Positions 17,124 to 26,836 of a stretch of 64,000 nt of DNA are shown in pieces. Position 1 is the first letter of the stretch. The number at the start of each line of letters is the position of its first letter. The notes beneath the pieces are model-generated. The model was not told the origin of the DNA. It did not search any database and saw only the letters and a program-made list of their open reading frames with translations. The stretch is from an uncultured Dehalococcoidales bacterium (GTDB lineage: Bacteria > Chloroflexota > UBA6077 > FW602-bin22). The translations under genes and the position numbers were made by a program. The stretch spans positions 5,237-69,236 of the forward strand of contig CAZHZF010000007.1 of the NCBI GenBank assembly GCA_964536925.1. Reading direction: 5' to 3'.

Positions 17124-18275
17124 TTACCGCGACCGCCTATCCGGCAAGTACTCCCTCAGCCGATGACCGGTGAGCAGCGCGTAGTAGAAGAGAAACGGAT
17201 CGACGGTCTTCTCCCAGGAGTAATGAGTCCGCATCCATCGGCTCCCCGCCTCTCCGCATCGGCGCACCGCGTCCGGGAGGTTGGGATCGGTCAGTGTGGC
17301 GTAGATCTCCTCCTCGGTTCGCACGCTGATGACGGGCGGGTGTTCGTCGTACAACAGGTCCAGGCACACCGGGTCAAGATAGGCCAGAACGGCGCGGCCC
17401 AGCGCCATCGCTTCGAGCGCGATGCCTCCGAGGCCGCCCACATCAAACTGATCCACGATCACGTCGGCTGATGCGTACTCGGCGCCCAGATCCTCGCGGG
17501 AAAGGTGCGGACGCCAGGTGAATCGCGCCGCATGGGCACTCTGGGTCGTCATCTGTCGAGCGAGGGCCCGATCCGGCCCCCGATCCAGAATCACGCACTC
17601 TGCGTCGAGTCCAGCGTCGAACGCGCGAAGCAACGCCCGCAGGAATCGGTCATTACCTTTTGTCGAGTTGCGTTGGGGGCCGGGATCGTTAACCCCCCAG
17701 TCCAGGTGGCTCGGGTGGAAGAGGCGCAGTCGAGAACCCGGCGATCTGCGGGGCAGGGCGGGTTGCACCGGGTAGTAGTACGGGTAGGTCAGGAAGAGGA
17801 TATTCGGCACGCCGACCGTCAGCGCGTTGTCGATCACGTGTGGATAGGGATGGATGACGTTGTAGGCGCACCCACGCACGAACTGACGAAGCGTCTCGGC
17901 GAGTGGCGAGCGGGCCACGATCAGTTCGCCGAAGTCGCTCCCGGTCGAGAAGTTGATCACCGGCGGAATGCCAAGGACCCGGCGCAGGAGCCAGCGCCGA
18001 CCGATCGCGAAGCCGAACGCCCCGCCGAACGATGCGATGAGGCGAGCGCGGCGCGCCAGCGCCAGCAGGTCGGCCGGGCCGTGGAACCCGCGGATCTTCG
18101 TCGGGTCGTAGGCCTGAAAGTACTCCGCGGGAACCGTGATCTCCGTCTGGTCCCGCGCCGTCGCGTGCCGAACGACCGCGACCTTCACGCCCCGACGCGC
18201 CAGGTGCTCGGCAAAGAGCAGGTCGAACCCGATCAGACTGCCGATGATGAGGACATCGATGTCGCGGCGCGTCAC
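17124..18275 (-). CDS. GT-B fold glycosyltransferase (GT1/GT4-like)
   Basis: The N-terminus is a Rossmann strand (DIDVLIIGSLIGFD). The C-terminal domain contains GGLGGIALEAMALGRAVLAY. Confidence 0.75.
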   Translation of the reverse strand: MTRRDIDVLIIGSLIGFDLLFAEHLARRGVKVAVVRHATARDQTEITVPAEYFQAYDPTKIRGFHGPADLLALARRARLIASFGGAFGFAIGRRWLLRRVLGIPPVINFSTGSDFGELIVARSPLAETLRQFVRGCAYNVIHPYPHVIDNALTVGVPNILFLTYPYYYPVQPALPRRSPGSRLRLFHPSHLDWGVNDPGPQRNSTKGNDRFLRALLRAFDAGLDAECVILDRGPDRALARQMTTQSAHAARFTWRPHLSREDLGAEYASADVIVDQFDVGGLGGIALEAMALGRAVLAYLDPVCLDLLYDEHPPVISVRTEEEIYATLTDPNLPDAVRRCGEAGSRWMRTHYSWEKTVDPFLFYYALLTGHRLREYLPDRRSR

Positions 18276-18301
18276 CGGGCCGCGACCTCCGCCGCAGGAC
18301 G

Positions 18302-19645
18302 ATGGAGATCGTTCACCCCCGCGAACCGCGGCGACCCTTCGCGATCCACCGCCCGCCGGATGTATCGACGGACCGCACTCCGCGCTGTATCTTAGCGAAC
18401 GGTTTGGACCGTTCCCGGCCCGTACTCTGCGTCGTCAATTACGAACCCATCGCCCGCTACCGCGACCTCGGGCACTCGCTCGAGATGTTGCGGCGCTACT
18501 ACAACCCGAATGGCTACTTCTCGGCGGTGCACATCGTGGCTGTGGACGATGGCGAATGGGACGTCTCGCCGGACGTCCACGTCCACGGCGCGCGCGGGCC
18601 GGATCTGCTCGCCCGAGTCGTCTCGGTCGCGCGGGCGACCGGGGCGAGCGTCATCAGGAACTTCGAGGCGTTCCCCACGCATCTCGTCGCGGTGCGCGCC
18701 GCGGCGATCCTCGACGTTCCCGCGGTCATCTCGCTGCACGACGTGATGTCACCCTCGACCGTGACTCTGTTCGATCACGTCTTCGCCTACGTGGAATGGC
18801 TGCGCGATCGGGTACGGGCGCAGCACGGCTACCGGAACGCGTCCTTCCTGCCCAATCGGATCGACGAGGGGTTGTTCACCCCCGGTCCGCCGCGCTCGAT
18901 CGAGGTTGAGGGCTCTCCTCGCTTCGTCTGCGTGGGGCGACTCGACGAGCGAACCAAGAACATCGGCACGCTCCTGCGCGCGATCGATCTGGTGCGGGAC
19001 CGGCTGCCCGATCTCCGTCTCGCCGTGATCGGCGAGGGACCGGGTCGCGCCGACTACGAGCGGCTGATCGAGGAACTGAAGCTCGGCTCACGGGTGAGAC
19101 TCGTGGGCAATCAGCGCGAGGATCGGGTTGCGGACTGGTACCGCTGGTGCGATGCCCACGTACTCGTGAACGACTCGGGAGATCTCGGCCGCTCGTTGGT
19201 CGAATCGCTAATCGCCGGCAAGCCCGTCGTGGCGACCGGCGGGCGTGGCAACTCCCTGCACCATCTCGAGCACGGCGCGAACGCCTTTCTCGTGCCCATC
19301 GAGCGCATCCGCGACCCGGCGGCCATCGCCGAGGGGCTCGTCTGGATGGCCGAGAACCATTCCCGCCTCGATCCCGCGGCGATTCGCGAGCGGGCAGTTG
19401 CCGAGTACGGGTACGATCGGTGGGCGCGTGTCGAGGCGGAGACATACGCCGCGGTGATCGCGGCCTTCCGTGCCAGGCCGCCGCACGAGCGCCTGTGGCG
19501 GCGGCTGCGCGTCCTCCTGCTCTCCTCGATCGCGGGCACATCGGGCCCGACCAGACCGCTCCGCATCGCGTACCGACTCGCCCAGGCTGGCATGGCCTGG
19601 CGGTCTCCGCGGCGGGCCGAGGGACTCTCATCGGCGTCGCTCTGA
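18302..19645 (+). CDS. glycosyltransferase family 4
   Basis: RFVCVGRLDERTKNIGTLLRAIDLVRDRLPDLRLAVIGEGPGRADYERLIEELKLGSRVRLVGNQ and LGRSLVESLIAGKPVVATGG. It lies only 26 bp from the divergent GT start at 18275. Confidence 0.85.
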   Translation: MEIVHPREPRRPFAIHRPPDVSTDRTPRCILANGLDRSRPVLCVVNYEPIARYRDLGHSLEMLRRYYNPNGYFSAVHIVAVDDGEWDVSPDVHVHGARGPDLLARVVSVARATGASVIRNFEAFPTHLVAVRAAAILDVPAVISLHDVMSPSTVTLFDHVFAYVEWLRDRVRAQHGYRNASFLPNRIDEGLFTPGPPRSIEVEGSPRFVCVGRLDERTKNIGTLLRAIDLVRDRLPDLRLAVIGEGPGRADYERLIEELKLGSRVRLVGNQREDRVADWYRWCDAHVLVNDSGDLGRSLVESLIAGKPVVATGGRGNSLHHLEHGANAFLVPIERIRDPAAIAEGLVWMAENHSRLDPAAIRERAVAEYGYDRWARVEAETYAAVIAAFRARPPHERLWRRLRVLLLSSIAGTSGPTRPLRIAYRLAQAGMAWRSPRRAEGLSSASL

Positions 19646-19683
19646 GCGCGGTGCGAGCGGTCGCTCGCCGCGTTCCTCTGGCC

Positions 19684-21750
19684 ATGGCCGTGGCGGCGCG
19701 CATGCGTCACGGTCGCGACACGCTGCTCGATCGCCTCGAACTCGGCCGAGCGAGCATCTCCCCGGGTGGGACTGCTGACCTCAGCGCCGCGGAACGCGCC
19801 GTCGATTGGCTCCGCGCCGGTGAGCTTCCCGGCGGAGGAATCCGCGTCCACGATCGGCACCTTCACGCCTATCAGGAGGTGACCGGCTATCTCATCCCGA
19901 GCCTCCTCGACGTCGGCGCGCGTGATCTGGCCTGCCGATGCGCGGAGTGGCTCATCGCCGTCCAGCGCGAGAGCGGCGCGTTCGTCGATCCCGACCGGGG
20001 CGAACCGTACGTGTTCGATACGGGCCAGGCGCTCCGGGGCCTGCTCGCCGCCCGCGACATCGTGCCCGGCGCCGCCCGCGCCGCCGCCCGCGCCGCGCAC
20101 TATCTGTGCCGTTCGCTTCGCGAAGGCGGTGCCGGCGGGTTCCCCGAAGCGTATCGCGGGAGCGTCGCCGCGGAGCCGATTCAGCTCTATGCGCTCTCGC
20201 CGCTGGCGCGGTATGCCGAGCTCGCGGGAGACCGCGATGTGCGCGAAGCCGCGGCGCGGGCCGTCGCGCACTACCTGAAGCATCCCGATCTGCTGCGGAT
20301 CGGTGATCTCACCCATTTCCTCGTGTATCAGGTGGAGGCACTCATCGAGCTGGGTATGGCGGACCGCGCCGCGGGAACGCTGGCGATGCTGGGTCAGGCG
20401 CAGGTCGCCGACGGCTCGGTCCGCGCGACCGGCGCCGGGGCGTGGGTGTGCTTGCCCGGCCTCGCCCAGCTGGCGATCTGCTGGTATCGAACCGGCGACC
20501 CCTCCCGCGCGGATCGTGCACTCGCCTGGCTCGAGCGACACCAGCGCCCCTCTGGTGGGTGGCGCGGCAGTCACGGGTTCGGCGCCACCTACTTTCCCCG
20601 ACGGGAACTGAGCTGGGCGGTCAAGTTCTTCCTCGATGCGGCGCGTCGACGCGAGATCGCCTGGCGCCGGGCCTATGCCCCCGAGGGGGCCCTCGGCGCG
20701 ATCGGCCACCTTCCGACCGGTCCGCTCGGGCGGCTCGCGATCATCGGCGACCGGACGAACGTCCTCGCCCGCGCAGCACGGGTCGTGCTCGCCGACTGCG
20801 CGATCGAGAGCGTTGAGTTCCCCATCGACGATTCGCCGCCGTTCGTCCTCTCGGCCCGCCCGGAGTTCCTGCCTCTCGCCGATCGCGCCGCCGACGCGGT
20901 CCTCGTCGCCAGTCTTGCCCACGCGCTCGATCGGCGGGCGGCGATCCGCGAGGTGACGCGCATCGTCCGTCCGGGCGGCAGCATCGTCGTGCTGGGCGAC
21001 GCCCCGATCGAGACCTGGTTGGGTGATCGATGCGCGATCGAACGGCGCGTGCAACTGCCCCAGGGTCAGACAGTGACCGTCGCCCGCCGTGTCGAGCGCG
21101 ACCGCATGACGTTGGCGTCCACATCCGCCGCCACCACGGCAGCCGCACCAGCACCGGGTGCGATCGACGTCGACGCCATCCGCTTCGGGAGGGTGGCGCC
21201 GGTGATCCGCCGCCTGATCTGCCTCGTCGAGCCGGCTCCAGGCCGATCCGTGCTGGTCGTCGGCGACCCTGGCTCCCATCTCCCCCTCCACCTCGCCCGG
21301 CAGGGCGCCCGCGTGATCCTGGAAGCCGGACGCGCGACGAGCGCTCTTCTCGACGCCTGCCGGGCCCTCGATCTGCCCGCGACGGCATTTGCCGTCTCTA
21401 CCGGTGCGGATGCGTCCCCGCAGGATGAGGGCTCGATCGATGCGATCGTCGCGGTCGATCCGAGCGCCGACCTGTTCGCGGCCGGATCGGTGGTAGCGGC
21501 CGCCTTGGCGCGGCATCCTGTGCCGCGGCTGATCGTCGCGCTGCCGCTATCGGCGGATGTGACCGGGTCGCAACGGGTCAGACTCGATTCCGGGCTTCCC
21601 ATGTCGACGCTGCTCTCCTGGTTCGGCAAGATCGCGCCCGCGCCCGAGATCGAGGTCATCGCGGCCCACTCGATGCACGGCGAGGAGAGGAGCGGGCCAC
21701 ACTGGCTTATCGCGAGCGGTCCTCCGGTGCCGGGACCTATGAGCACATGA
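19684..21750 (+). CDS. multidomain protein: alpha/alpha-toroid (prenyltransferase/squalene-cyclase-like repeats) plus two methyltransferase-like Rossmann domains
   Basis: ORF 19147-21750 overlaps the upstream gene, so the start was moved to ATG 19684 (MAVAARMRHG). The N-terminal approx 330 aa carry repeated Q-x-x-x-G-(G/A/S)-(W/F) type motifs (AVQRESGAFVD, QAQVADGSVRA, RHQRPSGGWRGSHG). Next comes RLAIIGDRTN...RIVRPGGSIVVLGD, then VLVVGDPGSHLPLHLARQGARVILEAG. The glycine-rich loops are degenerate. Confidence 0.75.
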   Translation: MAVAARMRHGRDTLLDRLELGRASISPGGTADLSAAERAVDWLRAGELPGGGIRVHDRHLHAYQEVTGYLIPSLLDVGARDLACRCAEWLIAVQRESGAFVDPDRGEPYVFDTGQALRGLLAARDIVPGAARAAARAAHYLCRSLREGGAGGFPEAYRGSVAAEPIQLYALSPLARYAELAGDRDVREAAARAVAHYLKHPDLLRIGDLTHFLVYQVEALIELGMADRAAGTLAMLGQAQVADGSVRATGAGAWVCLPGLAQLAICWYRTGDPSRADRALAWLERHQRPSGGWRGSHGFGATYFPRRELSWAVKFFLDAARRREIAWRRAYAPEGALGAIGHLPTGPLGRLAIIGDRTNVLARAARVVLADCAIESVEFPIDDSPPFVLSARPEFLPLADRAADAVLVASLAHALDRRAAIREVTRIVRPGGSIVVLGDAPIETWLGDRCAIERRVQLPQGQTVTVARRVERDRMTLASTSAATTAAAPAPGAIDVDAIRFGRVAPVIRRLICLVEPAPGRSVLVVGDPGSHLPLHLARQGARVILEAGRATSALLDACRALDLPATAFAVSTGADASPQDEGSIDAIVAVDPSADLFAAGSVVAAALARHPVPRLIVALPLSADVTGSQRVRLDSGLPMSTLLSWFGKIAPAPEIEVIAAHSMHGEERSGPHWLIASGPPVPGPMST

Positions 21751-22865
21751 CCCGCGTGGTGATCCTGGCTCGTTCGGTGCGCCGCGCTCGCCGGCGCGCC
21801 CGCCTCTGGGCCAGAGCGGCCGTACCCGGAGTCCAGATCTCTGCCCTGGCGCTCGATGCCTGGCGGGTGTTTGAGTTCGACGAGGGGACCGTCTACCCCT
21901 TCGATACGGACTTCGGGCGATGGATGGACGATCGTCCGGTCGGCGGAGCGGCCCTGGCCCTCGGCGCGGCGGCTCTGGTCGGGGGCGATCTGCCGATACC
22001 CGGCGCGATCCTGGACTCCTGGGCGTGGTCCGTCCGGGCGCTCGACCCCGATGTGGTCGATGTCGCCGAGTTCCCGGGCGGCCGCGACGGTTTCGACCGG
22101 CTCGGCGTGAGTTCCCGTGTGGGCGTTGTGACTGCGCCCGCACCGGTCGCTCCCCTCGATCGGCGCTCGGCGGCCGAAACGCTCGTGAGCGTGGTCCTGC
22201 CCGTCTACAACGGCGGCCCCTGGCTGGAACGGTCGCTGCGGAGCTGTCTCGAACAGACCCATCGGCACCTCGAGATCGTCGCGGTGGACGACTGCTCTAC
22301 CGACGACACGCCGCGCACGCTGGAACGGATCGCGGCTCAGGATGGGCGCCTCCGCGTCTATCGCAACGAGCGCAACCTCCGTCTTCCTGGGGCGCTGAAT
22401 GCCGGGTTCGCGCGCACCGAAGGCGAGTTCCTCACCTGGACGAGCCACGACAACTACTTCGCGCCAGACGCCATCGCCACACTCGCCGATTACCTGGCAA
22501 CCTGGGAGGATGTCGATTTCGCGTACTCGGCGTATCGCGAGGTGGACGAGCGAGATCGAGAGAACCCGGCGATCCTCTATCGTCCTCCGCCCTGGATGCT
22601 CAGGCGGCGGAACGTCGTGGGCGCGTGTTTCCTGTACCGCCGCGCGGTCTACGAGAACACCGGCGAGTTCCGCCGCGATCTCGAGTACGTCGAGGATTAC
22701 GAGTACTGGGTTCGCGTTGCGCGCCGCTACCGTTTGATGCGGCTGCCGTACCCCCTCTACTACTACCGGCAGCACGAGCAGTCGATGACCGCGAAGGCGA
22801 ACAGCGAGGCGCGGTACGCGCCACTGATCGCCCGGGTCCACGCCGAGCACTACCCCGGGTCGTGA
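21747..22865 (+). CDS. glycosyltransferase family 2 with approx 140-aa N-terminal extension
   Basis: VSVVLPVYNGGPWLERSLRSCLEQTHRHLEIVAVDDCSTDDT, RNERNLRLPGALNAGF, SHDNYF. ATGA overlap with the upstream gene (21747-21750). Confidence 0.85.
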   Translation: MTRVVILARSVRRARRRARLWARAAVPGVQISALALDAWRVFEFDEGTVYPFDTDFGRWMDDRPVGGAALALGAAALVGGDLPIPGAILDSWAWSVRALDPDVVDVAEFPGGRDGFDRLGVSSRVGVVTAPAPVAPLDRRSAAETLVSVVLPVYNGGPWLERSLRSCLEQTHRHLEIVAVDDCSTDDTPRTLERIAAQDGRLRVYRNERNLRLPGALNAGFARTEGEFLTWTSHDNYFAPDAIATLADYLATWEDVDFAYSAYREVDERDRENPAILYRPPPWMLRRRNVVGACFLYRRAVYENTGEFRRDLEYVEDYEYWVRVARRYRLMRLPYPLYYYRQHEQSMTAKANSEARYAPLIARVHAEHYPGS

Positions 22866-23578
22866 CCGCGCTCCGGGACGCGCCCGATCAGGAGGAAGTT
22901 CGGGCTCGCGAAATGCGCGGCTCTTGCGCCGGCAAGGCTGTCGAGCCCTCCACCCAGGAGGTTGATCGGTAGGTAGAGCGCGGAGCCGATCGCGCGCAGC
23001 GGCCAGGGCAGGGCGGCGATCGCCAGGTTGAGGTAGAGCGCCAGAATCTGGAAGAAACCGGCAATCGCCCCGCCGTGGGGAATGACTTCCACCGCTCCGA
23101 GTCCGGCGCGCCGCGCCAGGTGGTGCAGACCGAGGTCGGTGAAGTGCCAGCGGTCGCGCATGTTCGGGAAGAGGCCGTGGGTGGTCACCAGCACGTGGCC
23201 CCCCGGCCGCGTGACCCGGACCCACTCCCGCAGTGCGTCGGTGGGGTCGTCGACGTAGGCGATCATCTGCGTCGAGAGGACAAGATCGAACTGCTCATCG
23301 CGGAACGGCAGACACGCCGCGTCGGCGATGGTGTCGGGCATCCCTGGTCCGGCGCTCAGATCCACGCCGATGTACCGACGGCAGCGCCCGGCGAAGAAGG
23401 GCCAGTACGGCTTGCGGGAACACCCGACATCGAGAACGAGCGCCGGGGATCCCGGGGGAAGCAGACGTTCCGTGGCAACGCGGAGCGTCTGCGCGAGGGC
23501 GCGCAGGTGCAGGTAGGAAGGACTGAAGATGGTCGGCGCACGCCGGTCACGCCCCGGCCAACTGCCAATCGCGCTCAC
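22850..23578 (-). CDS. SAM-dependent methyltransferase with hydrophobic C-terminal segment
   Basis: ORF 22850-23704. GTG 23578 overlaps the upstream stop (GTGA). Motif I is ALVLDVGCSRKPY, followed by YIGVDLS and VTRPGGHVLVTTHG. The C-terminus (GGAIAGFFQILALYLNLAIAALPWPL) looks membrane-associated. Confidence 0.8.
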   Translation of the reverse strand: MSAIGSWPGRDRRAPTIFSPSYLHLRALAQTLRVATERLLPPGSPALVLDVGCSRKPYWPFFAGRCRRYIGVDLSAGPGMPDTIADAACLPFRDEQFDLVLSTQMIAYVDDPTDALREWVRVTRPGGHVLVTTHGLFPNMRDRWHFTDLGLHHLARRAGLGAVEVIPHGGAIAGFFQILALYLNLAIAALPWPLRAIGSALYLPINLLGGGLDSLAGARAAHFASPNFLLIGRVPERGHDPG

Positions 23579-24498
23579 GCCGCGAGCTCCAGCATCGTCC
23601 GAAACTCGCCGTTGAAGTTCCTGGCGAGCCACGCAAGGCGCGCCTCGAAGCGATCGCGATGGCCAACCGCGCACCCTGGACGGGGCAGGTCCACGAACTC
23701 CCATGGATGGCTGAGGATCACCAGGTGGCCCTGTGCGTCACCGGCGGCCTCCTGGCACGCGAGGATCTCCTCGACCGCAAGGGCGAGGTCGGTCTCCGTG
23801 AAGTCGATCACGTTGCTCACATTCAAGATCGCGAACCGCGCCCACGTCGGGATGCCGTAGCGTCTTCTCATCCGCGGCCGCGGGCTCGCGGACACCGGGA
23901 TGCGGATAAGTCCCCGCTCTCGGGTGACCAGGGGCAGAGCGCCGCGGAAGGCCGGCGCCGAGGAATCGAGCGCGAAGCCAGATTCGCGCAGCAGCGCGAG
24001 ACTCGCGACATCGCAGCAGAGGTTCGGGGCCCGAAACATCGTCGGCCGTGCCAGGCCCGCACGCGCGAAGGCCGCGAGCGCGAACTCCATTCGCTGCGTC
24101 CGTTCCGCGAGGGAGAGGCGTGGCTCGGGCGCGAACCAGAGCGGGTCGCCCCACTGCTCGTGGAGGTGGCCGTGGAGCCCGATCGCATGTCTCTCGGCCA
24201 GTTCGCGAAGTTCCGTGCCGATCGCCTCGCAGATCGACCCCTGCACGAACAGGGTCGTCCGCCAGTCCTGCGCCGCGCACATCGCGCCGAACCAGTCCAG
24301 GAACGGCGCGCACGCCGACCAGTGCTGTGGCGTGCCGGCCGATCCGAAGTCCTGTTCCACATCCACGGTCACACAGATCGTGGTCGGCCGCCTTGGGTCC
24401 CGGCGACGGCGGGGTAACCGGTTCCAGCGCGACACCCAGAGCGGCGCGTGGTGCGGCAGACGTGGCTCGCGTGCCCAGTCGAGGATCCGATCAAGCAC
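23575..24498 (-). CDS. polysaccharide deacetylase-like (CE4/DUF3473-type) protein
   Basis: ICVTVDVEQDFG and IGLHGHLHEQW resemble the D-x-E and H-x-H metal-binding signatures of the polysaccharide-locus-associated deacetylase family. It overlaps the upstream gene by 8 nt. Confidence 0.65.
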   Translation of the reverse strand: MLDRILDWAREPRLPHHAPLWVSRWNRLPRRRRDPRRPTTICVTVDVEQDFGSAGTPQHWSACAPFLDWFGAMCAAQDWRTTLFVQGSICEAIGTELRELAERHAIGLHGHLHEQWGDPLWFAPEPRLSLAERTQRMEFALAAFARAGLARPTMFRAPNLCCDVASLALLRESGFALDSSAPAFRGALPLVTRERGLIRIPVSASPRPRMRRRYGIPTWARFAILNVSNVIDFTETDLALAVEEILACQEAAGDAQGHLVILSHPWEFVDLPRPGCAVGHRDRFEARLAWLARNFNGEFRTMLELAA

Positions 24499-26833
24499 GG
24501 TGTTCGCGCGCCACCGGTCGGTAGACCTCGTCGATCAGGCGGTCCACCACGCCGCTCCACGTGAGCGTCCGCCGCGCCTCGGCCGCCGCGGCATCGCCCA
24601 GCCTTCGCGCGCGCACTGGGTCGCGGAGCAGATTCTTCAGTTGATCGGCCATCGCGGCCGCGTTGCCGATCCCGACGAGCACACCCGACTGCCCATCGTC
24701 GAGGACATCCTCGGTACCGGCGATGCGTGTGGCGATGATCGGGGCGCCGCAGGCCATGGCCTCGATGACGACCCTGGGGAGACCGCCGGTCGTCGCGGCG
24801 AACAGGAAAGCGTCGCACGCGGAGTAGAAGTCGGCCAGCCGATCGCGTGGGGACCACCCGTGGAAGGTGACCCGGGCGACCAGGCCGAGATCCCGGGCGA
24901 GTTCGCGGAGCCGTCCCTCCTCGGGGCCAGAGCCGACGATGTGGAGGTCGGCGCGCAGGGTGGGTTCGAGTGCCGCGAATGCCCGCAGGACGGTCGCGAA
25001 GTCGTTCTCAGGATTGAGCCGGCCAACGGTCAGGATCACCCGACGATCCGGGTCCAGTCCGAGCCTCTCCCGTGCGCCGCTCGTTCGCTGATACACCGCT
25101 CCGGCGGTGCCGAGCGGGATGCGGATGAGCCGATTCTGGGGTACGCCGGTGCGCCTCCACCATCCCTCCATCTCCCGCGAGGTGGCCACGACTCGGGCGC
25201 AGCGGGCCGCGGAGATTCGCGCCGCGACCCAGAGAGCCGCCGTCACCGAAGGATCGTACGGATTGTGTCCGGAGGAGATCTTCTGGTCGATGCTGCCGGG
25301 TACAGTGAGCACGACCGGGTGCCGGGTGAAGAGGCTGGCCACCGCGGTCGACATGTACTCTGGCGCGTGAACGATCGCCCGATCGAGCGCCGGGATCGAG
25401 CACGCCGCGCGCAGCGCGATGAGCGCGTGTCCGACGATGTTGCGGTACCCGAGCGGCGGAAGGCCGAATGGATGGAGGGTGACTCCTGTACCCGCCCGCG
25501 GATGGGTGGCGTAGGGCGCGACGACGTGCACCGACACGCCGCGCCGATCGAGTTCGGTGGCGAGGTCCCACACGATATCGCTGAGGCCGCTCGCGCCGGG
25601 GCGAGCAAGGTCGAGGATGTAGTCGAGGAACACGATCGGGGGAATGTCTGCACCGGTGAGCCGCGCATCCGACCGTGCCTCCGCCTCGATGGGTCCCAAC
25701 ACCTCGGCCCGGAGCCGCCGGACGATCGTGGGCCATGTGTACCGTTCGAGCGCCTGTCGATGCGCCCGCGCGGCGATCCGCGCCCGCTCCTCCGGGTCGC
25801 CGAGGGCGGCTGCGATCGTGCGCGCCCAGGCTTCATCATCCTCCGGCGACACGAGGTAACCGGTCTGTCTGTCCTCGATCGCGTCCGGCGTGCCGCCGGC
25901 GGTCGATCCCATCACCGTGGCCCGGCACGCCATCGCTTCGATCGGCACGCGCGCGAACGGTTCGCCCGTCGAGGGCAGCAAGACCAGGTCGGCGGCCCCG
26001 TAGTAGTATGGCACCTCGGTCGACGGGACCCAGTCGGTGAACGTCACCCGTTCGGCGACGCCAAGTCGTTCCGCCAGGTCGCCCAGAAACTTCCGCCGCG
26101 GCCCGCGGCCCACGATATGGAGCCGCGCCCTCGGACGTAGCGAGCGGAGACGGGCCATTGCACGGACCAGAACACGGGCGTTCTTCTCGTAGGAGAGCCG
26201 ACCCAGGAACAGCAGCATCTCCTCGTCGGCGGGTATTCCCAGGTGTGAGCGTGCCTGCAGGCTGTCGATCGGCCGGAACCTGTCCGCGTCGATACCGAGC
26301 GGCACCACCGAGACGTGGCTCGGCCGTGCACCCGTGCGGATCCACCACGCGCGCATGTGTCGGCTCAGCGCCACGACGTGACGGGCACGCCGGGCCGCGA
26401 CGAGAGCGGCGACCTTGTACACCTGCGTCGTGTACCAGTCGAAGGGGTTTCCCGAAATCTCTCGTTCGAAGATGTTCCCCGGCGTCGTGAAGATCACCGG
26501 CAGATCCGGCCGGACGATCGCCGCTACCGCGGCGCCGACGTACTCGGGCAGAAACACGATGTCGGGGCGGGGAATGCGTCGCAGGGCGCGCGCCATCGCG
26601 TAGCACGTCACGATCTGTCCGACGACGTTGCGGCGCCAGAGGCCCGGGCGATGGACGAGATGGAAGGTGACCGGGCCACTCGGCACACTCGCGTCTGCAT
26701 CGTATGCGCCGAAGAGATGCACCTCATCGCCAAGGCGACCGAGTTCCCTGCCGACATCCCAGGAGATGTCGCTGAGGCCGCTCCGGCCCGGCTGCGCGGG
26801 GTCGAGGACCCAGTCGAGGATGGCGATGCGCAG
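24491..26833 (-). CDS. tandem double GT4 glycosyltransferase (two complete GT-B modules in one polypeptide)
   Basis: Two donor-binding motifs are present: [39 protein letters not shown] and GGLPRVVIEAMACGAPIIATRIAGTEDVLDDGQSGVLV. The track ORF starts at GTG 26722, but the frame is open to 26836 and encodes the canonical GT4 first strand (L/M)RIAILDWVLDPAQPGRSGLSDISWDVGRELGRLGDEV. The only in-frame initiator candidate there is CTG 26833. Confidence 0.8.
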   Translation of the reverse strand: MRIAILDWVLDPAQPGRSGLSDISWDVGRELGRLGDEVHLFGAYDADASVPSGPVTFHLVHRPGLWRRNVVGQIVTCYAMARALRRIPRPDIVFLPEYVGAAVAAIVRPDLPVIFTTPGNIFEREISGNPFDWYTTQVYKVAALVAARRARHVVALSRHMRAWWIRTGARPSHVSVVPLGIDADRFRPIDSLQARSHLGIPADEEMLLFLGRLSYEKNARVLVRAMARLRSLRPRARLHIVGRGPRRKFLGDLAERLGVAERVTFTDWVPSTEVPYYYGAADLVLLPSTGEPFARVPIEAMACRATVMGSTAGGTPDAIEDRQTGYLVSPEDDEAWARTIAAALGDPEERARIAARAHRQALERYTWPTIVRRLRAEVLGPIEAEARSDARLTGADIPPIVFLDYILDLARPGASGLSDIVWDLATELDRRGVSVHVVAPYATHPRAGTGVTLHPFGLPPLGYRNIVGHALIALRAACSIPALDRAIVHAPEYMSTAVASLFTRHPVVLTVPGSIDQKISSGHNPYDPSVTAALWVAARISAARCARVVATSREMEGWWRRTGVPQNRLIRIPLGTAGAVYQRTSGARERLGLDPDRRVILTVGRLNPENDFATVLRAFAALEPTLRADLHIVGSGPEEGRLRELARDLGLVARVTFHGWSPRDRLADFYSACDAFLFAATTGGLPRVVIEAMACGAPIIATRIAGTEDVLDDGQSGVLVGIGNAAAMADQLKNLLRDPVRARRLGDAAAAEARRTLTWSGVVDRLIDEVYRPVAREHRA

Positions 26834-26836
26834 GGG

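Noticed and set aside
19111-21516. Very long antisense or alternate-frame ORFs. Examples: 19111-21516 (-, 801 aa), 21066-23225 (-, 719 aa), 23900-26140 (+, 746 aa), 32290-34149 (-, 619 aa), 39524-41518 (-, 664 aa), 41591-43282 (-, 563 aa), 54305-55978 (-, 557 aa) and 3-1100 (-).
   Set aside because: All are Arg/Gly/Asp/Pro-rich with no motifs. Each lies opposite to, or out of frame with, a gene that has clear family signatures and better third-position GC. This is typical stop-codon-poor shadow ORF behaviour in roughly 70% GC DNA.
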